This document shows positions 11,302-22,800 of a DNA stretch of 64,000 nt, piece after piece. Location of the stretch: NCBI RefSeq assembly GCF_036365525.1, contig NC_090378.1:119459593-119523592 (forward strand). Direction: 5' to 3'. This stretch comes from Heterodontus francisci (lineage: Eukaryota). The translations under genes were made by a program, and so were the position numbers. The stretch's first letter is position 1. Each line of letters opens with the position of its first letter. Under the pieces are notes generated by a model, which worked only from the letters and a program-made list of their open reading frames with translations, searched no databases and had not been told where the DNA came from.

Positions 11302-14291
11302 CTATAGACCCTCAAACAGTCAGAGGGAGAGAGAAGAGAAAATGTGTCGGCAAATTACTGAAAAGTGCAGAAACAACAGGCCAGTAATAGGAGGGGATTT
11401 CAACTTTCCAAATATTAACTGGGATAAATTCAGTATAAAAGGTACAGAGGGCGCAGAATTCCTAAAATACATTCGGGAGAACTTTTCTCATCAGTAGAAA
11501 GACCAACAAGAGAAGATACAGTTCTGGACTTAGTTTTCAGGAATGAATCTGGGCAGGTGGAAGGGGATCAATGTGAGAGTGTTTTAGTGGCAGTGATTAT
11601 AATTCAGTTAGATTTAGAGCAGTTATAGAAAAGGATAAAGATGGACCAAGAGTAAATGTTTTAAACTGGGAAAAGGCCAATTTTACTAAGCTGAGATGTG
11701 ATTTGTCAGAATTAGACTGGAAACAGCTACTTGAAGGTAAATCAGTGTCAGAGCAGTGGGAGGCATTCAAGGAGGAGATAGTGAGGGCTCAGAACAAACA
11801 TGTTCCCACAAAAGAAAAAGGGTGAGACTCCCAAATCTCCATTTACCACAGATGGCAAAGAGCATACACAGTAGGATAAGGTACAAAAGGGAAACTTATA
11901 TTGGATACTGAGATCTTGATACTGCAGAAAACCTGGAGAAGTGTAGAGAGTTCAGGGGTGAAATTGAAAAGGAAATTAGGGAAACAAAGAGAGGACATGA
12001 AAAAATATTAGCTAGTAAAATCAAGGAAAACCCAAAGATGTTTAATAAATACATATAGAGCCGGAGAATCACTAAGAAAAGAGCGGGGTAAATTGGAGTC
12101 CAAAAACCTAACCTGTGTGTGGAGGCGGAGGATGTGGACATGTTTCTGAATGAATACTTTGTGCCTTTTTTCACAGAGAGTGACAAAGCAGACATTGTAG
12201 TTAAGGAGGAGGAGTGTGAAATCTTGGATGGGATAAACTTAGTGAGGGAGGAAATATTAAGGTGTTTCACATCCTTGAAAATGGATAAATCACCAGGCCC
12301 AGGTGAAATGTATCCCAGGCTGCAAAGGAAGCAATGGGAGAAATAGCGGAGGCTCTGATCCTCATTTTCCAATTCTCTCTGGTTAAAGGCATGGTCCCTG
12401 AGGACTGGAGGACTGCTAATGTTGTACTGTTGTTTAAAAAGGAAAGAATGGATGGACCAAGTAATTACAGATCAGTCAGCATAACCTCGGCAGTGGGAGA
12501 ATTATTGGAAAAAGTTCTGAGAGACAGTAAAAACCATCATTTAGAGAAACACGGGATTAATTCAGGACAGTCAGCATGGATTTGTTAAGGGAAGTTTGTG
12601 TCTGACTAACGATTACATTTCATGAGGAGGTTACAAGGAGTGTCAAAGTGGGCGTCATGTTTGATATAGTCTACATGGATTTTAGCAAGGCCTTTGATAA
12701 GATCCCACATGGCAGACTGGTCAGAAAATTAAAAGCCCATGGGATCCAAGGAAAAGTGGGAAATTGGATCAAAAATTGAGTCAGTGACAGGAAGCAAAGT
12801 TTTATTGTCAACGGGTGTTTTTGTGAGTGGAAAGCTGTTTTCAGTGGGGTTCTGCAGGGCTCAGTACTGGGTCCACTGCTGATTATAGTATCTTTCAATG
12901 ATTTAGATTTAAATGGAAGGGGTATTAAGAAGTTTGTAGATGATACAAAAATAGGCCTTGCGGTTGATAATGAGGAAAAAAGCTGTAGACTGCAGGAAGA
13001 TATCAATGGACTGGTCAGGTGGGCAGAAAAATAGCAAATGGAATTCAGTCCAGAGAAATGTGAGGTAATGCATTTGGGGAGGACAAACGAGGCAAAGGAA
13101 TATCCAATAAATGGGATGATACTGAGAAGTGTAGAGGAACTGAGGGACCTTGGAGTTCATGTCCACAGATCCCTGAAGGTCGCAGGACAGCTAGATAAGG
13201 TGGTTAAGAAGGCTTACGGGATGCTTGCCCTTATTCGCTGAGGCCTGGAGTATAAGGGTAAGGAGGTTATGCCAGAACTGTAGAAAACACTAGTTAGACC
13301 ACAGCTAGAAAACTGTGTACAGTTCTGGTCACCACATTACAGGAAGGATGTGATCAAACAAGAGGGGGTACAGAGGAGATTTACGAGGATGTTACCAGGA
13401 ATGGAGAATTTTACCTATGAGGAAAGATAGGATCGGCTGGGATTGTTATCTCTGGAACAGAGGAGACTGAGGGGAGATTTAATTGAGGTGTATAAAATTA
13501 TGAGGGGCCTAGATAGAGTGGATAGGAAGGACCTACTTCCCGCAGCAGAGAGGTCAATAACCCAGCGGCATAGATTTAAATTAATTGGTGGAAGGGTGAG
13601 AGGTGAATTGAGGAGTAATATTTTCACCCAGAGGGTGTTGGGGGTCTGGAACTCACTGCCTGAAAGGGTGGTAGAGGCAGAAACTCTCATCACATTGAAA
13701 AAACACTTGGATATGCACTTGAGGTGCCGAAACCTACAGGGATATGGGAATAAGAGCTGGAAAGTGGGATTAGGTTTGTTAACTCATTTTCAGCTGGCAT
13801 GGAAACCATGGGCCGAATGGCCTCATCTGCATTGTAAATCTTTCTATGTTTCTCTGTATAAATGTCTCTAATGAAGGTTTATCACCAATTCAGCACTGAA
13901 ATGGTTAATAGTAAGAGTGTTTAAAGACTCAGTGTCCCTTTAAGACACTGTTAACCTGACAGGAAGCTCGAACTGTAGATCAGTCTATCTGGAGGAAACA
14001 GGCTCAGTGTTAACAAATCTCAGATCACACACACATCCTGAGAACTTTCTCCGAGAACACTGGAGCAGACTTGTATCAACACATGTCAGAAAGGATTCAT
14101 GTTGGGTGTCGGTGCAGAAGGTTTTCGATTTCATTTAAAACCTTCTTGTCCAACACTGGGGTGAGGTCAAGGGTGAGGTTATAATCAGTCTCAGTGTACT
14201 GGGGTCAGGCAGGGTCACTGCTCCAAATGATCCCATGACCCCTGGAAGGTGAGAGTGTGCGCGAGGGTCAGGATCAGGAGCCTCCAAACTC

Positions 14292-14685
14292 AAAGAAAGA
14301 CTTGCATTTCTATAGTGCCTGTCACTACCTCAGGATGTCCCAAAGTGTTTTACGGCCAATTGTGCACAGCAAGATCCCAGACAGCTGAGTGATAATGAGC
14401 AGATAATCTGATTTTCAGTGCTGTTGGTTGAGTGATAAACATTGTCCAGAACACCGAGGAGAACTCCCCTGCTCTTCTAATAGTGCAGTGGGATCCTTTA
14501 CATTCACCTGAGAGGGCAGACGTCAGTTTGTCTCATCTGAAAGACAGCACCTCTGACAATGCAGCACTCCCTCAATACTGCACTGTAGTGTCAGCCTGGA
14601 TTATGTGCTCCAGTCTCTGGAGTGGGACTTGAAGCCACGACATTCTGACTCAGAAGTGAGAGTGCGACCCACTGAGGCAACACTA
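14292..14685 (-). mobile_element. tRNA-derived SINE with Deu-domain-like body (SacSINE1/AmnSINE-like)
   Basis: The minus-strand head has A-box-like CTCAGTGGGT and B-box-like GCTTCAAGTCCC, then CCAGGCTGACACTACAGTGCAGTATTGAGGGAGTGCTGCATTGTCAGAGGTGCTGTCTTTCAGATGAGAC, and tail AAATGCAAGTCTTTCTTT. Family assignment is from recognition, not a search. Confidence 0.75.
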
Positions 14686-15084
14686 AAACCTCACAGTCGA
14701 ATAGCCTGCCATTCTCAACCTCCCGGCTCACACTTGGAGGAATGAGGCCACTTGGGGAGGGTGGAGCTGTGCCCCAGCCAGAGATAGTGCCTTCAGGAGA
14801 GAGATGGAGAGCAGATTACGGGAGACCTGTAGTCTAGAGGGGTGACATTTAACCAGTCGATGGCAGGTGCTGAGCCCTTTCCCCGTAAGTATTATGTAAG
14901 TCGATGGGGAAAGTGGGAGGGGCACTAGAGTAACACCTTTGTTGCTGCTGAAACTCTTGCTATCTGCTCAGTCATGTCTAATAAACACACAGACAAATCA
15001 GACAAACATTAGTCGGTTTTCTGTGGATTTTCTGCTGGGTTCAGCTTTAATCAACAGGGTATTGTGGGAGCTCCCGGTTAATAA

Positions 15085-15292
15085 AAAGAAAAGAAAGACT
15101 TGTATTTATATCGAGTATTTCACACCTCAGGACCTCCCAAAGTCATTTACAGACAATGAAGGACTTGTTTAAAGAGCAGTCACTGTTTGAATGCAGGAAA
15201 TGTGGCAGACAATTTGTGCACAGCAAGATCCCACAAACAGCAATGAGGTAAATGAACATTTTCAGTGACATCGGTTCAGAGATAAATATCAG
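15085..15292 (-). mobile_element. 3' half of a second copy of the same SINE
   Basis: Shares AAAGACTTG.ATTT.TAT, CCTCAGGA..TCCCAAAG and TGTGCACAGCAAGATCCCA with the copy at 14292-14685. It is truncated at the putative LTR. Confidence 0.75.
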
Positions 15293-16198
15293 TGTCATGC
15301 AGGCCCCCACCTGCCAAGAATGAGGCACATTAATTTCACCATATGAACACTGCTTTTTAATCTGTTGCTGGAGTAAAGAAAGAACTTGTTTTTAAAAAAC
15401 AACACCAGGCCCTTGACTGGAAAGACATTGGCATAATAACAGACAGAACTTGGAAGGGACAAAAGACCATTTCCTGACAAATTCAATCCACAATGGACTT
15501 TTGAATACCAGACATTGAGGATGGAGGAGCTCCCATTCCAGCTTGACTGCTAAGATGGCCGACTACACCATCGGACATGGCCAGACCAGTTTAGTCACAT
15601 GACTAACTGGCTGTTGTAGTTTTTTGAATTTGAACTTGCCACAGAGAATTTGAACTCAGAAAGCTGTTTGCTCCTGGACTGAAAAGACTTTTCATGGCTG
15701 GCTTGCCACTGTCTCTCTCCCATTGGCTTTCATCTCTCTGACCAGCTTCAGGAATCATTGAAGACATATGAACCGCAAGAGGGAAAAGTCTCCCACAGTG
15801 AACAAGGTTTAAGAAGAATACTGGGCCCCAATGAAAAGCAACACCTACCGACAAGCAAGGACTACAGTGAGCTCGAAGCACAGTAACAAAAACTCTCTTC
15901 AGAGATTGCCTCAAACCTCTGCACTTTATTTTTCTTCTGCTCTTTTCTGTCTCTATTTGCATGTGTGTATCGCATATGCATGCTAGCATGGGGCATGGCG
16001 TGTATCCGTACGCGTTAACTGAATTAGAGTTTTAGTTTAAGTTTTAATAAATTTCACCTTTCTTCTTTAAACCTAAGAAAACCTGTTTGTGCTCATTTCT
16101 TTGCCTCACACAGTGTGTTTCAAATTAAATCTTGTTACAGTAAGACCAGGTGAAGGCTGTGAAAGACCCCTAGAGACTTTCATCACCTGGTCAGAACA
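15293..16198 (+). mobile_element. Putative solo LTR (~0.9 kb)
   Basis: Begins TGTCATG and ends CAGAACA (TG..CA, imperfect terminal inverted repeat). AATAAA near 16046. Non-coding. The flanks ATCAG / ATCGA are only an imperfect TSD. Confidence 0.55.
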
Positions 16199-16735
16199 AT
16201 CGACCTGAACTTGACCCAAAGACAAAGCAACTGAGAGTCTCCCCAAAACCCTGGAACACTGAAGCCACTGGATTGGGAGCCCTGCTGTCGCTGTTTGTCA
16301 TCAGAACTTTGACAAGAGATAAGCAGGGAGTGGACAGAGCAGAGTTAAAGCTGGGGGAGGTGGGACCTTGGTGTCTCACTGTGCTGGTGCTGAGATCAGT
16401 TCTATCAGAGACTGTGACAGAGACCCAGAGCTCACACTGAGACTGGCAGGAGTCTAGTGAGGGATTTCACTCCATGGAGCAGGAATGTGACCACAGTCTG
16501 CAAACGTCCAGATCTCCTCTACACACTCGGTAAAAGTTGGTTACTTATATCTTGCTGGTTAAAGGGGGAATGTAACTAAAGAAATACAGCTGGGCACCCT
16601 GTTATACACAGTGCTCTTCAATGAACCATTTCATTGACTGCAGCTCCTTACTAACACCTTCCACTATTCAGCATTTGTGTTTTCAAAAGTTTCAGTATTT
16701 AAAGGATTAATAACGGAGGATTGAGGTTTACTTAC

Positions 16736-16770
16736 TCAGTCTGAGCTTGGTTCCTTTACCGAACGTAAAC
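16736..16770 (-). CDS. IGKJ: Immunoglobulin light-chain J segment (kappa type), unrearranged
   Basis: G TTT ACG TTC GGT AAA GGA ACC AAG CTC AGA CTG A|GTAAGT gives FTFGKGTKLRL with the FGxGTKL motif. The phase-1 donor at 16735-16730 splices in frame to the C exon (A+GC = Ser). Confidence 0.96.
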
Positions 16771-16809
16771 CACACTGACAGCTTCCAGTGCAGGGGCTGT
16801 ACAATATCC
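16771..16809 (+). promoter_or_regulatory. 23-bp-spacer recombination signal sequence of the J segment
   Basis: Heptamer CACACTG (16771-16777), exactly 23-nt spacer ACAGCTTCCAGTGCAGGGGCTGT, nonamer ACAATATCC (16801-16809). A J with a 23-RSS is the kappa configuration. Confidence 0.93.
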
Positions 16810-16810
16810 T

Positions 16811-17675
16811 CTGCTCTCTGTTTCACTCACTCACTCTCACCCTCTCTCTGTCTTTCACTGTCACTGTGTCTCTCTCTCTGTCACTCTTTGCCTGTGTGTA
16901 TGTGTGTCTCTGTCTCTCACACTCTCTCTATATATATCTATTTGTCTCTGTCTCTATGTGTGCTTCTGTCTGTCTCTGTCTGTGTGTGTCGTTCACAGTG
17001 TGTCACACTCTGTCTCTGCTACTTTGGGTTTCTCTCACATTCTGTCTCTCTCTCATTGTTTTCTCTCACTCTGTCTCTTTCACTCTCTCATTATGTCCCT
17101 CTCTCTCACTCCCTGTTACTCTGTCTCTGTCACACGCTCTCTCTCTCTCACACTCTCTCTCAATCTGTCTCTCTCTTTCTCTCACTCACTCTGTCTCTCT
17201 TTCTCACTCTCTCTCACTCCCTCACTCTGTCTCTCTTTTTCTCCCTCTCACTGTCTCTCTCTTTCTTTCTCTCTCACTCTCTCTCTCTTTCTCACTCTCA
17301 CTCTCTCATTCTGCCTCACTCTGTCTCTCTNNNNNNNNNNNNNNNNNNNNNNNNNNNNNNNNNNNNNNNNNNNNNNNNNNNNNNNNNNNNNNNNNNNNNN
17401 NNNNNNNNNNNNNNNNNNNNNNNNNNNNNNNNNNNNNNNNNNNNNNNNNNNNNNNNNNNNNNNNNNNNNNNNNNNNNNNNNNNNNNNNNNNNNNNNNNNN
17501 NNNNNNNNCTCTCATTCAGTCTCACTCTGTCTCTCTTTTTCTCCCTCTCACTATCTCTCTCTTTCTCTCTCTCTCACTCTCTCACTTTGTCTCTCTTTCT
17601 CACTCTGTCTCTCTTTTTCTCCCTCTCACTCTCTCTCTCTTTCTCTCTCTCTCACTTTCTCTCTCTCTGTCTCTA
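16811..17675. repeat. CT/CA-rich compound microsatellite spanning an assembly gap
   Basis: (CT)n/(CTCA)n/(CTGT)n mosaic on both sides of the N run. Confidence 0.95.
17331..17508. other. Assembly gap (178 N)
   Basis: Run of N. The true size is unknown. Confidence 1.
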
Positions 17676-17681
17676 ACAGAC

Positions 17682-18453
17682 TGGGATGAATTCTCCCGGT
17701 GCCATGGAGACGGGGTTCTCATTTGGAGGTTGGGCAGGACTGGGAAAAATACGACGAGCCGTGTCAACATGGCTCCCTGACACATTCCCGCCTCCGGGTT
17801 ACTTTCCCATGGGTGTACTGGGAACCGGTCATCTGCTGCCTCCATGGAGATGGGCAGACAATTAGAGCAATGAAGTTCACATTTAGGGGCCATTTTTGAG
17901 CCGGTGCTGGTATTTTACCAACGTCGGAGCGGCCTCCCCACCCCCGAGTGCGGAGGCCACCAGCTCAATGGAGGAGGCCTCCCGGCAGCAGGCCAGGGGA
18001 CCATCGGAGACGGAGACTCTATGTCCCAATGACAGAGCTACAGGGATGAAAAGCTGCAGTCCCGCCTGTTAATAATCCTGTGGAGGAGTTTCCTAACCCT
18101 AACCCTCTTCAACCTGATGGCCCAACTGGCTTCAGCCCTTTTTATTTTACTATTCCTCTGCAGGCAGCCAAGGGCGTCTCCATGTTGAGGGGCCCTCACT
18201 CTCGCCTGCCTGTTTCAGCAGGGCCCACCTCTCCCGGTGGAGCTGCCAGCCTGACATCACTGTGGGCCCTCTGATTGGGCCTGCAGGCTCGGGAGCCTGA
18301 CTGCCATCATTAATAGGACAGTGAGTGTGGAGGTGACCAATTAAGAGGCTGCCTCCCAGAAAGTTGCTCCGGCGAGTGCTGATGACATGGGCAGGCTCGG
18401 GACCCTCATATAGGCCAGAAGTCAGAGTCCCAATGTCCACTGGGCCAACCAGC
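17682..18453. mobile_element. Unclassified GC-rich interspersed repeat, possibly a PIF/Harbinger-derived non-autonomous element
   Basis: GC-rich non-coding block between two microsatellites, starting GGGATGAATTCTCC and ending CAGCC. The resemblance to shark MITE ends is only impressionistic. Confidence 0.3.
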
Positions 18454-18715
18454 CATCTCTCTCTCTCACGCTGTCCCTCTTGTGCTCTTTCCCTCTGTCT
18501 ATCTCACTATCTCCCTCTCTCTCTTTCTCTCATTCTCTTTCTCTCACTCTTTCTCTCTCTCTATCTGTCTCTCTCTAGCACTTTCTCTCTCTCTCCTACT
18601 GTCTCTCTTTATCTCTCTCTCTCTCTCTCACTGTCTCTCTTTCTGTCATTCTCTCTCTCCCACTGTCTCTGTTTCTCTCTCTCTCCTGCTGTCTCAGCTT
18701 CACTCTCTCTCTCTG
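18454..18715. repeat. CT-rich microsatellite
   Basis: (CT)n mosaic. Confidence 0.95.
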
Positions 18716-18968
18716 TTTGAATTCCATGCTGCCATGCTTGGGAAAGTTGGGAATTCTACTTGTCGATGATAAATCTTCCAGCTGCTCTTCCCACCACATC
18801 AGATGGAAAAACCTGGAGCCACTCAATTCCTGGAAAATGAAAATCTCCCAGCTAACCGAGCTCACCTGCCTGTGCCCTGGAGAAAAGGGGAGGAGTGTTT
18901 CTGTAAATGTGATGTTTCTGTTGCTGACTCTGGTCTTCCTCATGGACCATTTGAAAACAGTGAGTTTC

Positions 18969-19400
18969 AGAGTCGGTGGATCATGTCTACATGGAGTGGG
19001 AGAGGTTGTGGCCCCTGTTCCATTATTTGAAGGGGCTGCTCCTCATCCTCTGGTTCTAATTCAGGCCCACACTCCTGATCTTTGGCCACCCAGTGCAGAG
19101 GGGACTGGGCAGGTTGGAGGCCCCTCCTCGTGGGTCTGCTCCTGGGCCTGGCCAAGGTGTCCATCCACAGGCCCGAGTTGGATGGGACCCATGGGGGTGG
19201 TGGCACTGGCTGCCAGTCTCTCTACCATGGCATTGTCCCCACCCGGGTGGCCCTGGAGAAGGAGCAGGGGGTGTCTGCTGGGTCACTTGAGGCCTTCAGG
19301 CTGCAGTGGGCACCACAGGGACAGGAGTGTGTAGTGGATCGTGGAAATAACATCAGGCTTTAATTTGTTCAGTTTGCTTTCTATTTATGATTTCAGTTTT
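18969..19400 (+). mobile_element. 3' end of a Tx1-clade non-LTR retrotransposon ORF2
   Basis: ESVDHVYMEWERLWPLFHYLKGLLL..*FRPTLLIFGHPV and LVGLLLGLAKVSIHR...RVALEKEQGVSAGSLEAFRLQWAPQG match the post-zinc-knuckle C-terminus of Tx1-like ORF2. Contains a stop and a frameshift. Confidence 0.75.
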
Positions 19401-19830
19401 ATTCATTTCGACACTTTTCTAAATTGGATTTTGATTGGTGAAAATTGTGTCATCCAGATTGTCCAATCAGATGATAAGAAACCTGTTTCCATAGTAACTG
19501 ACCTGGGGTGTCTGACCTGGGATGGGGGGTCAATAATAATGATCAATAATTAGTCTGTGCTCATGAAGCGACTCCACGAGAACCCAGAGAGAATCGAATG
19601 AAGCAAAATGTCAAATCTCCAGAGCTGTGAGATTCTCACTGATGAAGACAGCAGCTCCTCGTCCTCTCTAAACTCCTCCATCCTTTCTCAATTCCTCACA
19701 CCGTTCAGGGGAATGTTTCTGTCAACACTCTCATCGACACATGTGGCAGCAATGCACAAAACAGCAAATATTTCCCAGATAGATAAGACAGGAGATTGAA
19801 GCAACTGTTTTAATAGAACGTCTGTTTATT

Positions 19831-22800
19831 ATATAATAAATATAACTGTGGGATGTGTCGGTACAGGAGGTGGGACTGTGTGTCCATTATTAAATATTAT
19901 ATATAACTGTGGGATGTGTCAGTACAGGAGGTGGGACTGTGTGTCCATTATTATATATTATATATAACTGTGGGATGTGTCAGTGCAGGAGGTGTGACTG
20001 TGTGTCCATTATTATATATTATATATAACTGTGGGATGTGTCAGTACAGGAGGTGGGACTGTGTGTCCATTATTATATATTATATATAACGGTGGATGTG
20101 TCAGTACAGGAGGTGGGACTGTGTGTCCATTATTATATATTATATATAACTGTGGACGTGTCAGTAGTGAAATTGGGACTGTGTGTCCATTATTATATAT
20201 TATATATAACGGTGGATGTGTCAGTAGAGAAATTGGGACTGTGCGTCCCTTATTATATATTATCTATAACTGTGGAACGTGTTAGTCGAGGAGGTGGGAC
20301 TGTGTGTCCATTATTATATATTATCTATAACTGTGGGATGTGTCAGTCGAGGAGGTGGGACTGTGCGTCCCTTATTATATATTATCTATAACTGTGGAAC
20401 GTGTTAGTCGAGGAGGTGGGACTGTGTGTCCATTATTATATATTATATATAACTGTGGGATGTGTCAGTGCAGGAGGTGTGACTGTGTGTCCATTATTAT
20501 ATATTATATATAACAGTGGGTTGTGTCAGTACAGGAGGTGGGACTGTGTGTCCATTATTATATATTATATCTAACTGTGGGATGTGTCAGTACAGGAGGT
20601 GGGACTGTGTGTCCATTATTATATATTATATATAACTGTGGGATGTGTCAGTACAGGAGGTGGGACTGTGTGTCCATTATTATATATTATATATAACTGT
20701 GGGATGTGTCAGTGCAGGAGGTGGGACTGTGTGTCCATTATTATATATTATATATAACTGTGGGATGTGTCAGTGCGGGAGGTGGGACTGTGCGTCCCAT
20801 ATTATATATTATATATAACAGTGGAACGTGTCAGTCGAGGAGGTGGGACTGTGCGTCCCTTATTATATATTATCTATAACTGTGGAACGTGTTAGTCGAG
20901 GAGGTGGGACTGTGTGTCCATTATTATATATTATATATAACTGTGGGATGTGTCAGTGCAGAAGGTGGGACTGTGTGTCCATTATTATATATTATATATA
21001 ACTGTGGGATGTGTCAGTGCAGGAGGTCGGACTGTGTGTCCATTATTATACATTATCTATAACTGTGGGATGTGTCAGTGCAGGAGGTGGGACTGTGTGT
21101 CCATTATTATATATTATATATAACTGTGGGATGTGTCAGTGCGGGAGGTGGGACTGTGCGTCCCATATTATATATTATATATAACAGTGGAACGTGTCAG
21201 TCGAGGAGGTGGGACTGTGCGTCCCTTATTATATATTATCTATAACTGTGGAACGTGTTAGTCGAGGAGGTGGGACTGTGTGTCCATTATTATATATTAT
21301 ATATAACTGTGGAACGTGTCAGTCGAGGAGGTGGGACTGTGCGTCCCTTATTATATATTATATATAACTGTGGAACGTGTTAGTCGAGGAGGTGGGACTG
21401 TGCGTCCCTTATTATATATTATATATAACTGTGGAACGTGTCAGTCGAGGAGGTGGGACTGTGCGTCCCTTATTATATATTATATATAACTGTGGAACGT
21501 GTCAGTCGAGGAGGTGGGACTGTGCATCCATTATTATATATTATATATAACTGTGGGATGTGTCAGTGCGGGAGGTGGGCTGTGAGTCCATTATTATATA
21601 TTATATATAAATGTGGAACATGTCAGTCGGGTAGGTGGGACTGTGCGTCCATTATTATATATTATATATAACTGTGGAACGTGTCAGTCGAGGAGGTGGG
21701 ACTGTGTGTTCATTATTATATATTATATATAACTGTGGAATGTGTCAGTGCGGGAGGTGGGCTGTGAGTCCATTATTATATATTATATATAAATGTGGAA
21801 CATGTCAGTCGGGTAGGTGGGACTGTGCGTCCATTATTATATATTATATATAACTGTGGGATGTGTCAGTGCGGGAGGTGGGACTGTGTGTCCATTATTA
21901 TATATTATCTATAACTGTGGGATGTCAGTGCGGGAGGTGGGACTGTGTATCCATTATTATATATTATATATAACTGTGGGATGTGTCAGTGCGGGAGGTG
22001 GGACTGTGTGTCCATTATTATATATTATCTATAACTGTGGGATGTGTCAGTGCGGGAGGTGGGCTGTGAGTCCATTATTATATATTATATATAAATGTGG
22101 AACATGTCAGTCGGGTAGGTGGGACTGTGCGTCCATTATTATATATTATATATAACTGTGGGATGTCAGTGCGGGAGGTGGGACTGTGTGTCCATTATTA
22201 TATATTATATATAACTGTGGGATGTGTCAGTGCGGGAGGTGGGACTGTGTGTCCATTATTATATATTATATATAACTGTGGGATGTGTCAGTGCGGGAGG
22301 TGGGACTGTGTGTCCATTATTATATATTATATATAACTGTGGGATGTTTCAGTGCGGGAGGTGGGACTGTGTTTCCATTATTATATATTATATATAACTG
22401 TGGGATGTGTCAGTGCGGGAGGTGGGACAGTGTATCCATTATTATATACTATATATAACTGTGGGATGTTACAGTGCGGGAGGTGGGACTGTGTTTCCAT
22501 TATTATATATTATATATAACTGTGGGATGTGTCAGTGCGGGAGGCGGGACTGTGTTTCCATTATTATATATTATATATAACTGTGGGATGTGTCAGTGCA
22601 GGAGGTGGGACTGTGTGTCGATTATTATATATTATATATAACTGTGGGATGTGTCAGTGCAGGAGGTGGGACTGTGTGTCGATTATTATATATTATATAT
22701 AACTGTGGGATGTGTCAGTGCGGGAGGTGGGACTGTGTGTCCATTATTATATATTATATATAACTGTGGGATGTGTCAGTGCAGGTGGTGGGACTGTGTG

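Larger units (their letters stand above)
9494..13860 (+). mobile_element. Decayed CR1-type LINE ORF2 (APE endonuclease plus reverse transcriptase) and 3' UTR, interrupted by two younger insertions
   Basis: Motifs in order: WKYDMV / TVITE..KEGQEWQLNIP, YRP(S)NS, GDFNFPNINW, KSPGPGEMYPR, PEDWRTANV, NYRSVSITS, YMDFSKAFDKIPH, QGSVLGPLL, FVDDTK, EKCEVMHLGR, SLEQRRLRGDLIEVYKIM, with tail TTTCTATGTTTCT. Many stops and frameshifts. Confidence 0.93.

Noticed and set aside
16862-17000. Perfect heptamers CACTGTG (16862-16868) and CACAGTG (16994-17000) near J
   Set aside because: Neither has a nonamer at 12 or 23 nt or an adjacent coding segment. Both are embedded in microsatellite.
16747-17780. 260-330 aa Ser/Leu-rich ORFs
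   Set aside because: They are CT microsatellite plus N-gap translations.
18717-18960. Possible V or leader remnant upstream of J (acceptor-like CCTTTTCTCCAG on the minus strand)
   Set aside because: No Ig V framework motifs (Cys23, Trp41, YYC) in any frame and no RSS.
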